Part shown: positions 53,282 to 64,000 of the stretch, piece after piece
Layout: every line of letters starts with the position of its first letter
Numbering within the stretch: position 1 is the first letter of the stretch
Assembly: GCA_028534125.1 (NCBI GenBank)
Contig: CM052816.1
Location: 19,842,001 to 19,906,000 of the forward strand
Length of the DNA stretch: 64,000 nucleotides
From: Lama glama
Taxonomy: Eukaryota
Reading direction: 5' to 3'
Position numbers and translations under genes: made by a program
The notes under the pieces: model-generated
The model's database searches: none
The model's input: the letters and a program-made list of their open reading frames with translations, nothing else
What the model was told of the DNA's origin: nothing

Positions 53282-54599
53282 CTAGATAGGAAACAAACCA
53301 AAATAATTACAGTAAAGACAGCATAACTTTTCCATCTCTTTATCAATGAATTCCCAATCCCATATCAGTTTTTGCACAATCGCAAAATAGTTACTGTCAA
53401 TTTTGGTTTAGCACATAAACATGCTAAATATACGTCTATTAATGTACTGATAACATGTAGCAGTAGCAAGCACTTGGAGTGCAAGCACTGACGTGTGCTA
53501 TTGGTGGGAATATTAACTGTCATATGTTTGGAAGGCAATTTCGCCCTAGCTACCAAAAATTTAAATGTACATTTTGGGGAACTACAAATAATTTATTACA
53601 GCTCAGAAGGGAGTGCCAAAGAATTCTGAGAGGGTATGATCACCACATGACAAAGGACTCAGACTGGAGGCATGGCCACTAATGTCAACGAACTGTTCTG
53701 TCCCCAGTAGCAATCCCTTAAGTACGCCAAGAATGAGAAAGCATTAGTATAATCGCCTACTGTTGGTTATAGACCAATATAGTACATTTTGGTCAGTCTA
53801 AATCATTATCTCATGGTCAACAGAGACACAGGCACTTAAAAAAATTATGAATTTATAACAAAGTCAATCTGTTCAGAGTGTATACAAAGAAGAGCTCCCA
53901 ACTTGAATTCCAAATCTATTCTGCAGAATAACCACCAGTAATAGTTTTGTGTTTGTCTTTCTGGACTTTTGTGTTTATTCACTACCCAGAGTCCTTTTAT
54001 TTTGAGGAAATCCACCTGAAGATTGAAGAGGTCCTCCAACTATAACACTTTGAGCATACTCAGTAAGTTGAGGCTTATTCCTAAAAAGTCAGTAAGTTTA
54101 AACCATTCCAGGTGACACTACAAGGTTCTTTCCTTATTTTGTCAACGCAGTTTAAAAAAACAAAACAAAAACCCATTCTCAATCTAAATTCTCAACTCCT
54201 GACTTTAGTCTACCAAGATTAGAGGCATGTATTTAGTAAAATATTTAATATTTTATCCTCATTGGTCATAGATTCAGTATACAACCTCTACATCTTCACA
54301 TTTTTTCATTGTTTAGAAATTTGGAATTCGGGAGACTAAAGATACAAACAAAATCAAAGGTAACATTTAATTCACATTCTAATATATTAACAGAGATACT
54401 ATGAAGTGTACAATTAGCAAAGATAGCCTTATACCTAATTAAATATTTTTACAGTTTATATTTTAATTTTCTTTAATTACAAAAATGTACAATATAAAAA
54501 TTTCAGGCAAACACAAATATGAAAGAGCTCTGCTAAAGTCTTTTTTCCTCCATATTATGGGTCTCAGTACCCCTTTATACCCTTATTCCCAACCTTTCA

Positions 54600-56150
54600 G
54601 TGTGAAGTCCCTGAATGTGAAGTTGGGAAGAGATGCATGCAATAGCATACCATTTCATGGTATTTCCACCAAAAATAAAAAAATAATTTTTAAATATTGG
54701 CTCTTTAATAACCAGCTTGCAAAAATTCCCAAAGTTTTAAAACAATCTAGTCTTATGATCGGTATAAACTGCCTCCAGCCCACCACTGGCTATAACTATC
54801 GATATTTGTTGTACTGGAAATTGTACTTCAAGAAAACCTTAAAATATTTATTCATTAACAATTGCAAACTCATTACACATTAATCAAAGTAACATTTAAT
54901 GAAAATAACTATACCCTCTACCAAAGTTACTGAGAAGTGTAGTACTGTTTTACATTTTTGCAAATCTCTTAAATGATTAGCTTAATGGAAGACAGCTGCA
55001 TTCTCTTAGCAGCTGCTGCATTCAATCAGGTGCAACAGGCTGTTTTGATTGAGGTGTATGAAGAAAATAGGCTTCACATAAATAGGTGAATGAAAAAGGA
55101 AGGAGTATTTTCACAGCCTTTTCAGATAATTGTGGATATTCTTTTTTGACACTACACCAAAGAAAAGGTAGGTTTTTAAAGGTTAGCTGCAATGTAGAAT
55201 CTGAAACTATATAAACTTTTTGCACCACTTATGTTAACAACTATTGCACATTGCATAAGTCTTTTATCCATCCACAATTTTCTAATATTATACACTGGCT
55301 ATTTAGAATACATTGGTTCAGAGTTATACAAATCTAAATGTTGCCACCATATTTCAATATATATATACACCACCACCAAAAAAAAAAAAATCACAGTATG
55401 TAATACTATCTACTGATCTCATCAGAGAAGTCTTAAAGCATTGGGAAGCCACCATTTTTTCAGCAGCAACAAGCACTGTCACAGTCACTTTCCTTGACCT
55501 AACAGCTCTTTGGTAACTTTTGAGAATATGTCTGCCAAATACAAACTCAAATCTAAACAACCACAGGTTGTCTGTCATTCATTCTTTCAAGTAAAAATGT
55601 TTCATGAAAAGAGCAGTAGTTCAAGCTGCAACTCAAACAACTGCAGAAGTGCTTTCCCTTGAGACAGTTATTATACAAGCAAGAGAAGTGCTTTATGCAT
55701 ACTTCTCACTTCATCACGCAGAATATTAAAAGGACACATACTCAAGAATCAGAATCCTTTTTCAGAACCAGAATACTTTTTCATCAAGACATTGTAAAGT
55801 CAAAGTGGCATCTTTGAAAATGCAAAAAATTTCAATGACTCCCAGTACAGTTTGGTGCCACTGTCTTGATTTGTGCTGAGATGCTAAACTGCTCAGATCC
55901 AGTTTTATCCACTAATCCTTTTGTACCATTGGTGCAAATGTCAATAAACTGAAAAAGGCAAATTATGTCTTAGTATCGGTATGAAAATAGTTTTATTTTT
56001 AATTTTTTTTTACATTTTTTAATTGAGTTATAGTCATTTTATGATGTTGTGTCAAATTCAAGTGTAGAGCACAATTTTGGTACGAAAATAGTTTTGATCA
56101 CATGGAACCCCTGAAAGGGTCTCAGGGACCTTAAGGGTTTGGACCACCCA
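54600..56150 (-). mobile_element. Charlie1-like hAT transposon remnant (with a MER63-like piece ~54630-54790) in UBE2B intron 3
   Basis: Minus-strand translation WCSVKKEYPQLSEKAVKILLPFSFTYLCEA resembles the hAT/Charlie transposase C-terminal region; end motif ggaacccctgaaagggtctcagggacc. Confidence 0.75.
55995..56078 (-). mobile_element. 84-bp L1 3'-end insertion inside the Charlie1 remnant
   Basis: T-rich (reverse poly-A) start; 17-bp TSD ggtatgaaaatagtttt (55978-55994) / ggtacgaaaatagtttt (56079-56095). Confidence 0.8.
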
Positions 56151-57143
56151 GAATACCTTGGTATATATAGTATATATAGACTGAAAAAGCTAAACTCCTT
56201 AAGTATCTCTTTTCAACTCACCCCCCCCATCTAGAGGTAACCACCGATAACTGTGTGGTATATAGCCCTTTAACCACACACACACACACAGACACACACA
56301 CACAATCTTGCATGAATGTATTTGTAAAAACGTGATGTTACAACATACATTCTGCAACTTTTCTGTCTCCTCAGACATACATCCAGATCTTTAATATGCA
56401 CATAATATTCTAGAGTCTACATATATCATAATTTGCTTAACCATTTCTCCTACTGAACATTCAGATTATCTCCTTAAAAACACTTCTGCAATCAATATCT
56501 GTAAAAATACCCTGGGGTGGGCTAATTCTGAAGCCATTTTGATAATTAAAACAAACCTGTTTAACAATTTTTTAAAATTCATGCTAAAGTAAGGGAAAAT
56601 CTAAGTACCTGGTTAAAGATCAATTTGAGAAAATGAACTATAAGTACATATTAGAACTAATTTTCCACTTTCCTAGCTCTTGGTAAAAATACTGAATTTA
56701 AGATGAAAAAGATTCTGCAGAATGCCAACTACTTATGGGTGTCAAATGCTACTGTACGTGAAGCTACTGGCAGCTATGGATGATCAAGAACAATTTCAGC
56801 TCAGTACCCTATCAATAAAGTTAGAAAAGCATTATTATCTTTCTGATGTTTACCTCAGGGACACCTTTAGCATGCTACAAGGTCATTTAAACTATTCTCA
56901 ACATAGACTCTACCATCTATGCTTAGAGTTCTACAGCCAAGTAACAAAGTAACAGAGGGAACTGGCAATGAAGGTGATCAAACAGATCTGGGGAGAAAAT
57001 ACTTTATAAATTCTCAGAAGTATTATTTAGTTTTAATTTGACCTAATAACAATACAAAATAGTCTTAAGTAGATAAGTTGGTGTTAAAATTTCCTACTTA
57101 AAGCAGCCTCTTAATACTACAGAAAACATCGAGAATGACTTAC

Positions 57144-57169
57144 CATCTTCAAAGGGTGTCCCTTCTGGT
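57144..57169 (-). CDS. UBE2B: UBE2B coding exon 3 (26 nt)
   Basis: ttttcag|ACCAGAAGGGACACCCTTTGAAGATG|gtaagt; PEGTPFED. Confidence 0.96.
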
Positions 57170-58427
57170 CTGAAAACAAGAAGATTTCTGATTAAACGAG
57201 GACTTTTCGTTCTGTTTTTTCCTGATTTTCAAGCATGGAAAGGATAAGTTCAAGCAGAGAAAGAGGGGCTCATTCTGATGATTTGTGGAGTTTTTAAGTT
57301 ACTGTTAATTTAATATCATCTTAGCCCTGGATTTTTATGGATGAGGCCATAAAGGGTAACTTTCATTTTCTAAGTTTTCCTTTAAAGGTGGTTTTTACAA
57401 AAATCAAAACCAAAAAAACTTGTCATAATTCTAGCACAAAAAGAATTCAGTTCATAAATACCAGCCATTTTGTAAATGTGTGTACTCTCAAAAATCTTAC
57501 TTTCAAATACAATTTACATCAATAAGATGAAAATCAATACCCTTTAGTTTAAGATAATTATGACACCAAACCAAAATGTCCTGCTTTTCAAGAGAGCAAT
57601 AACTCGTGTTCAAATTGGTTAAATTTAATTGACATCATCAAAAAAAGCCAGTCTCTTTTGCTCAAATCTTTTCCTTGACGCCATATCCCAATTTCATATT
57701 TCCTAAGCAGCAACAAGTTTAATTATTACTTGCAAGGCACATTCAGGATCTCAAAGGCACATGATAACAGTCTGAATTTAACACAATCACTTTACTTTAA
57801 AATGGTGAACTATGCTCATTTTCCCACTAGTCTTTAAAGTAGACTCTTATAACTGATTCAATGGCAACGCAGAATTCTGTTTACAAAAGTATTCCTTTAA
57901 GGTTTTAGTGCAAAATCCTAGTTTAAATAGAGTGAAAGAAAACCAGATCCAGTTCAGGAAAACCAAATAAAAAGCATAAAGAAATTTTAAATTAAAAAGC
58001 ATATATGCAATATATATTACATGCAAAATTTTAAGACTGCTCTCAAAAGGCTCCATTCAGTTATTTCATACTGGGTTGCAAAACACTTTTGATTTAAATT
58101 TTTGCCATGGTGGAATCTCTCAATATTCTTGATTCCTAGCCTTTTTACAGTTCCAGTAGAGTGCAACCATAAATATTTGCTTGGTACATTTTGTACAAAG
58201 TAATTTGTATTTCTCCTTGAGCTTCAAATGATATTTTTATCAAGTACAACCCGAAGTGATTATAAAATCTTAAATTTTATGTAACTACCAAAACTCTTAT
58301 CAGAATCTTTTTTTACCTTACAGTTTCTGCAAGATCCCTGATTCCACCTCAGCTCCCTTTCCTAGTTGTTATACATTCACTTTTCTTAAAGAATCACATC
58401 TACCATTTGTTATTTCTTTCAACTCAC

Positions 58428-58508
58428 CCAAATATAACTGCATTCCATTGCATGATGTTGTTTTCAGATGGTGCACCACTGACACCCACAGGTGGGTCCT
58501 CTTGCAAT
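58428..58508 (-). CDS. UBE2B: UBE2B coding exon 2 (81 nt)
   Basis: tttctag|A...TTTGG|gtgagt; [27 protein letters not shown] (V and Q at these positions fit UBE2B rather than UBE2A). Confidence 0.97.
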
Positions 58509-59429
58509 CTAGAAATCCAGAGTAGAAATTTTAAAAGTTGAATATTAAGGTCCTTAAGAAGACAAACAGAACACCTATGGACTCTATGCCATCTATTTTG
58601 AGAAACAAACTAAATCCATTTCCTTATTCTTGTGCTGAACTGGAATAAACCATATGACTTAAAAAAAAATCAACCAGATACATACTTATTAACTATCTCT
58701 CTAAATTATATAAAATTCCAAAGGACGTGAGAGTCATCCATCTTCAGATACCACCAAGGTCAACGTATCTGTTCGAGAACTGCCTTCAACCTAAATAAAT
58801 AAATAATAAATAAAACCTCAAGTGCAAAAAATATTTTTTCAGACCCATCAATTTTGCTGCTGTAAACATGGGAAGACTGTGTGAGTCCTAACTGCAGCTA
58901 CTTGTGCAACATGGCCACCAGTGAATCCTCCCCCCAAAACAAAACCCACCTCAGTGTAAATACTAAATGACTCAAAACACATACATTTTAATCAAAAACT
59001 AGTTTTAGGCAGAAGAGTTACTTAATCCCATTTGCTTCAATTAGCAGTATCTTTTAAAGTAATCAAGCTTGAGTTAGGTTTTCCTTCAGTCTCTTATTTT
59101 AAAAGCTCTGCACTAACACTAAATCTACCTTTCGGATCAGGAGACTCAATACAAAGCTACCTTCCAACATTTGTCATAGTCAAATTCTTGTAACCAAAGA
59201 TTCGTGGAAAACTACCAAAGGTGCCAAGTATATAACTTAGAATTAAGCACAGAATTGCAGGGAGAAACCAGGATAACAATGGCCATGAACTGGGAAATTT
59301 GATTATTTGAATTTCACTCATGGGAACTAATCCGAAATCTACTGGTTTCAAGCTTTAGAAGACGACTTTTGCACCAAATAGAGCATCTTTTAAAGACTGT
59401 CATCTCAGTAAAAAATAAACGCTACACAA

Positions 59430-59461
59430 AATATATACATATATATACACACACACACACA

Positions 59462-59508
<47 letters not shown>
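59430..59508. repeat. Compound (TA)n/(CA)n/(TA)n microsatellite in UBE2B intron 1
   Basis: Direct reading; includes an uninterrupted (TA)n run of about 44 nt. Shorter (CA)n runs occur near 4905-4929 and 56275-56303. Confidence 0.95.
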
Positions 59509-59511
<3 letters not shown>

Positions 59512-60089
59512 CACTGTCATGTAGCATGATACTTTGAAATTAGTCCACAAAAAATTGTTCTTTTTAGTCAACCTCAAGCAGATTAGGTCAGTATTAACAG
59601 AAGCGTTAAAGGACATGCTGCCTGAGCCCACGCAACATAAAGGCTAAGTTGCGAATATTTTCAATGATAAACTGGCCAAAGCCCCAAACAATGGCTTCCA
59701 AGTGTCTCACCTACGGGTTTATAATGGTGAACTGGATAGGTTACTTCCTGAGCGGCTAATCTTAAGATTTTATACTAAATATTTCGTCTCAATCAGGGCA
59801 GGTCTCCCTAGAAAAACACTTTAAAATGTGCAGAGGATCGCAATGTTGAGTTCTCTCAGTTAGTTTCTCCTCGTACCTCGAAGTATTCAATCAAAGAAAA
59901 ACAACTGAAAAAGTCACTTCCTTCTCGCTAACCTCTAACACCATCCAACAAAACCCTATTTTACAGAAGGAGGCCCAGGGAGTATCAGGTTAGCTCCAGT
60001 CTCAAAGAAGGCATTTTTCCAAACTTTGGAGGCTATAGATAGGGCTTTCCACATCAGGCCACAGAGCTGAGTTCCAGAAGGCACTGGCA

Positions 60090-61450
60090 GCCGGAGTTGC
60101 CAACCCGAGTCCCACGTTTCTAAGCCAGTTCTCAAGGTCCTTTCAGGCGGGCGGGGGAGAGTCTGGTTTCGGAGGATGGGTTAACAACCTCCGGCCCTCG
60201 CGCATCAGACCCCACCCTCACTGCTGAAAGAACGGGGAGGAAGGGGGGGTTCACCCCAACCCCGGCCCTCGAAGACCGCAGGGCCACCGAACAAAGCTGA
60301 ATGGTGCAGATACTGGGGAGAAAGCTTCTGCAAGAGCTCGGCTTTAGAGCAAAGGAAGGGGGCACCGCAAGGTGCAACAGCAGGGGATGAGGTATGAACG
60401 CCCGGACGAGACGACAGGCAACTGGCCCTAGTGGTGGGCAGCAGAGAATCCGAGAGCAACCCACAGCCATCCTTTTACTTTTTTGGGGTGGGGACGGGTG
60501 AAGGAGTATCGACATTTCTTACGTCGAAAAAGTGAACAAGCAAGGATAAGTGACTGCAACCGGGGGCTAGGACTGGGCTTCCGTCTGTCCCGCTGGGCCC
60601 ACAGCGGCCCTCTTAGGGTCATGAGGAGAAGGTGTCCTGGATACCCGCCCTGCAGCCCCGCAGCCTTGGGGAAGAGCCGTCATCTAGGCGAAGATGGAGG
60701 TCCTTACCGCTTGAAATCCCGCATAAGCCTTCTCCGGGCCGGGGTCGACATGCTCCACAGCTACCCCGCGGTCAGTCTGAAAGAAAAGAGTCCCGCGCAG
60801 CCCCCCCCCACCCCCCGGCGCGGCGGCCGAATCACTGTGGGTCACCGCCGCCGCTGAGGCTGCACAAACAACCCTGCAATGACGTCTCCCTCCGCCGCCT
60901 CCGGATCCCTCCGCCTTCCGCCAATACCATGGAGTGAGGGGTGGGGGAGAAAGGGACGGGACATAGGAGAGCTCGTTATGGGAGCCTTTCAGCAGGGATC
61001 CTATCCATTTTGGGTTCCTGAACTAACAGACCAATTATTTCTCTCTGTGCTCAGACTGGAAATTGTGGATTAGAGACACTGAAACAGAATACCAGCCCGT
61101 CTCCCCCTCTTAACGAGTTTAGTCTCGACCGGGTGGGGAGAGAGAGGGACGCATCCGGGTCCAGAGATTTCAGGGAAAAGCGGTGGGATGACGTAAGGTC
61201 ACGTGATTGCCCGCGGCGTTGTCAACAATCCACCCCTGAGGGGGAGGGGACGAAGTATCTAGAACCACGTGTCCCTATGACGCGATTAGAACGGATCACG
61301 TGAGGGCGTCGCCTGGATCTGCGTTTCAGCCAGGTTTTTGAACCCGGTAGTTAAAGTTTACGGGACTGAGGGCGGGTGTATACTTTTAATAGCTCTACCT
61401 CCAGCTTGTTCCATGAACGGCAATTTTTGAGGTTGTCGCGGAAGCAATAG
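60090..61450. promoter_or_regulatory. CpG island / promoter of UBE2B with E-box and CRE-like motifs
   Basis: CpG-dense around exon 1; CACGTG at 61200, 61266 and 61297; TGACGT at 60880 and 61189. Confidence 0.88.
60708..60751 (-). CDS. UBE2B: Ubiquitin-conjugating enzyme E2 B (RAD6B), coding exon 1 (44 nt)
   Basis: Minus strand ATG TCG ACC CCG GCC CGG AGA AGG CTT ATG CGG GAT TTC AAG CG|gtaagg = MSTPARRRLMRDFKR. Confidence 0.97.
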
Positions 61451-63158
61451 CTATTTTGCTTAAGTCTTTAAAATGGAGCCAAAAATAATCTGGACGTAAA
61501 AACCCCTCTGTTGGCTCAATGGCTTGTCAGATCTGTTAGTGGAGAGGAGTGAAGCACCATTTTCCTCACCTTTGTTACTGAGACCCCTACAAAGTAAAAT
61601 CCCCTTAAATGCTTCCTTAGGGCCGCCAAACAGCCTATATGTACACACCAGTGAGTTTCCAGGGCTGGAATTTCTGGGCAGAGATAAAAGAAGGGTGTAC
61701 AGATTGTCTAATGTTTTTTACTGTCCCTATAGAATTATGAAGAATTTTGTTTTTTCTTTATGGGTTTGCTCTTATTTGAAGATTTGTGTCAAGCGTCCAT
61801 GGCTTTGGCTACCATGGTTTACTGTTGAATTTGTCAAGACATGTGCGGGTTGATCTCAAGAGAATGTATCAATGGGTGGTTGGTTGTCAAAGAAACCTGA
61901 AAGTACCATCTGGGAGAGAGCTCATGCAGACCCGGGTGGGGGTTGTATATCTAGCCTAGGTAACTCATTTCTTGTTTTCTACACTAGCAAGTAAACGGCC
62001 TAAAACGTCCCCCACTAGGGGACTCAGGGATGTTGACCATTAGAATTCTGACATTTCCTGTAGTCATTGAGTTCCCTTCCTCTATTGCCTCCAGTTTCAG
62101 TAAGACTTTGTTGGTCTGAACTCAGCTCTTTAAATCCATTTGGGTCATTCTTCAGCCCAAGGCACTATAGGAGGATGGAATGAGGAAATTAGCGTTGCCC
62201 TTAGTTTCATGGAACCAGAAAGGGTTAACTTTCCCACTTTGCTGGTACCTCCTTTTCTTCAATCCCTGAATTCTTTCTCTTGCTTTTAGTAACTGCCTTC
62301 GTGGTCAAGGTAGCCATGCTTAATTCTTGGTAGGTCGTGCTATGCATTCACAGATGTGATTACCTAAGTTAAAAGATGAATATTCTTTTTTTTTTTTTTT
62401 TTTGCCTTTCTGCCACAGCAATCCTTAATCCCCTCCAGAGCTAAGGATGAAGACACACTGGTAGGGCTACCTACAGTGAAGTAGTAAAGAGAAACTTTAA
62501 AAGAAATCCCTTTTATGTCGTTTACCTAGCCATTTATTATCATTTTGGAAACCTACAGTTTATAGTTTTCCAAAATGAAGTAACACTTTCAACACAATCA
62601 AGTGAAGGGATTTCATTAAAGTCTTAGAGCTTTACTGTATGAGCAGAAATCATTGGCTGTCCTCGTTACCAGGACTTCCATAAAGCTATTTGTAGAAATA
62701 ATAGTTTTAAAGCTATAATTTTATACTTTAATAATTCTGTAGCTGTAGATTGTGAGCTCACTGAAGGTAGGGGCTCTGATTCATGCTTTGTCCTTTGCCA
62801 ATATTAGACCAACACTAAATATTAATGTCCTTGACAGCAAGTCTAGGTCCACTGTAAGATTTACTATGACATTCTTACTCATAGAAAGTATTTAAAAACA
62901 TGATTAACTTTTCAAAAAGAAAAACAATTCTGAACATTTTGGTGGTGATAGCAAAAATCAGGACCACCTCTCTTTCCTCTCCACACCTCAATATGAACCT
63001 AATCACAGAAACACTTAAGTAGTTTTTACAGTACCAGTTCCTTTACCGTAACTCATTTACATCAGAATATCTGGGGGTGGGGCCTTTGAAAAGCTCTCCA
63101 AGTGTGATCTAAATGTGCTTGGTGGGGTTAGACCAATTGGACTATAATTTATTGTAGA

Positions 63159-63203
63159 ATTTAGGAGAAGCATAGTGAGATTTAGGAGAAGCATAGTGAG
63201 ATT
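63159..63203. repeat. Perfect 21-bp tandem duplication
   Basis: atttaggagaagcatagtgag twice (63159-63179, 63180-63200) plus att. Confidence 0.93.
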
Positions 63204-63689
63204 CAGCCTCTTACACTTAACTCTTTTTACAGAAAAAAAAAAAAAAAAAGGCAGCCCTAAGAAAGACAGCTCTCCCTGGGCATGTCCAATGATATTCTTG
63301 TTTATTGGAGGCTGTCCCTCCAGTAGAACCCCATGTCTGGTTCTTAAGGAATTAAAGGCCTCTTTGGAGCGGAGGGGTGACTTTGTATGTCAATCTGTAT
63401 GTGGTGGAACCCTATGAATTGTTTTCCCAAAGAGGGAGTTTGAGAGTTTTGACATGTAGTAAGGAAGTTTTTAAAAAGTATTACTGAGTTTGAAAAAATT
63501 TTTAAGCATATAGGAGGTGGTCAAAAAAATGTTCTTTATTTATGAACCGTTTTATTCCCGTTTTAAGGATGAATGTCAACAGCTGAGGTCTAACTCAGGT
63601 CTATGGAACACTAACATAATTAGGTAACTTATAAAACTATAATTACACAAGACTTCCTTGGAAGTCTCGTTTTACAAGGTATCTGCCTA

Positions 63690-64000
63690 GTGATACCAGG
63701 TATCCTTTTAGGACCCAGCACAAGCGACAAGTGTTCTGGGGCCTGGGGGCGTCTAAGACGCAGGTCGGATAAAATTCTACCTCGGTTCTTTCCCAGAGGA
63801 TTTGCAGTCACTCGCTTCCTGCAGTCAAGACTAAACTTGTGAAGAGGCCCCAGTTCGATCGACAGCAGCTCCTATCCCCCACCTCCACCTCCAAGGAACG
63901 TTCCTCTTGGTGTTCACTAGGAGTTCGTTTCCGCTTGTTCTCATTTTCTCTTCCGGGTCGGGCCTGGCGGGTGTTCCGGTCTTGCGCACTAGGCCCCGAG
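63690..64000. promoter_or_regulatory. Start of a further CpG-rich promoter-like region (probably the divergent neighbour CDKL3 by synteny); truncated by window edge
   Basis: Rising CpG density, ETS-like CTTCCGG/TTCCGG and TGCGCA near the end. Gene identity is inferred only from the human order CDKL3-UBE2B-CDKN2AIPNL; no CDKL3 coding sequence is in the window. Confidence 0.55.

Noticed and set aside
55022..55228. hAT transposase-like ORF as a domesticated gene
   Set aside because: Short fragment within a decayed Charlie1-like element; no long ORF or exon structure.
60132..61073. Several 60-130 aa ORFs around UBE2B exon 1
   Set aside because: CpG-island artefacts; the true coding part here is only 44 nt.
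62012..62024. CTCF-like motif CCACTAGGGGACT
   Set aside because: Misses the conserved 3' GGC of the core; insufficient without ChIP data.

Overview
Mammalian genomic DNA, most likely camelid (inferred from four copies of a tRNA-derived SINE matching my recollection of the camelid vic-1 type, cetartiodactyl-type L1 3' ends, and no Alu, Bov-A or PRE-1 copies seen). Two complete, intact, convergent protein-coding genes can be assembled by hand from GT-AG exons: CDKN2AIPNL (+ strand, 3 coding exons, 33356-39361, 116 aa, XTBD/XRN2-binding family) and UBE2B/RAD6B (- strand, 6 coding exons, 60751-48690, 152 aa E2 ubiquitin-conjugating enzyme). Each starts in a CpG island. A third CpG-rich promoter-like segment begins at the right edge; by human synteny it is probably CDKL3. 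The first ~32 kb shows no recognisable gene and is dominated by repeats (L2, MIR, MLT1, HAL1/L1M, solo LTRs, MER DNA transposons), including a dense nested retrotransposon stack at ~21.3-31.4 kb. Nearly all ORFs in the supplied track are chance or repeat-derived. I found no convincing new biological system. The best oddities are an L1-mobilised poly(A)-tailed LTR-like fragment with a perfect 15-bp TSD, a mosaic retro-insert that splits a young L1, a 151-bp tandem duplication overlapping a candidate alternative last exon of CDKN2AIPNL, and a structured UBE2B 5' leader (uORF, G-tract, splice acceptor). Repeat family names come from memory of consensus sequences, and repeat boundaries without a TSD are approximate.
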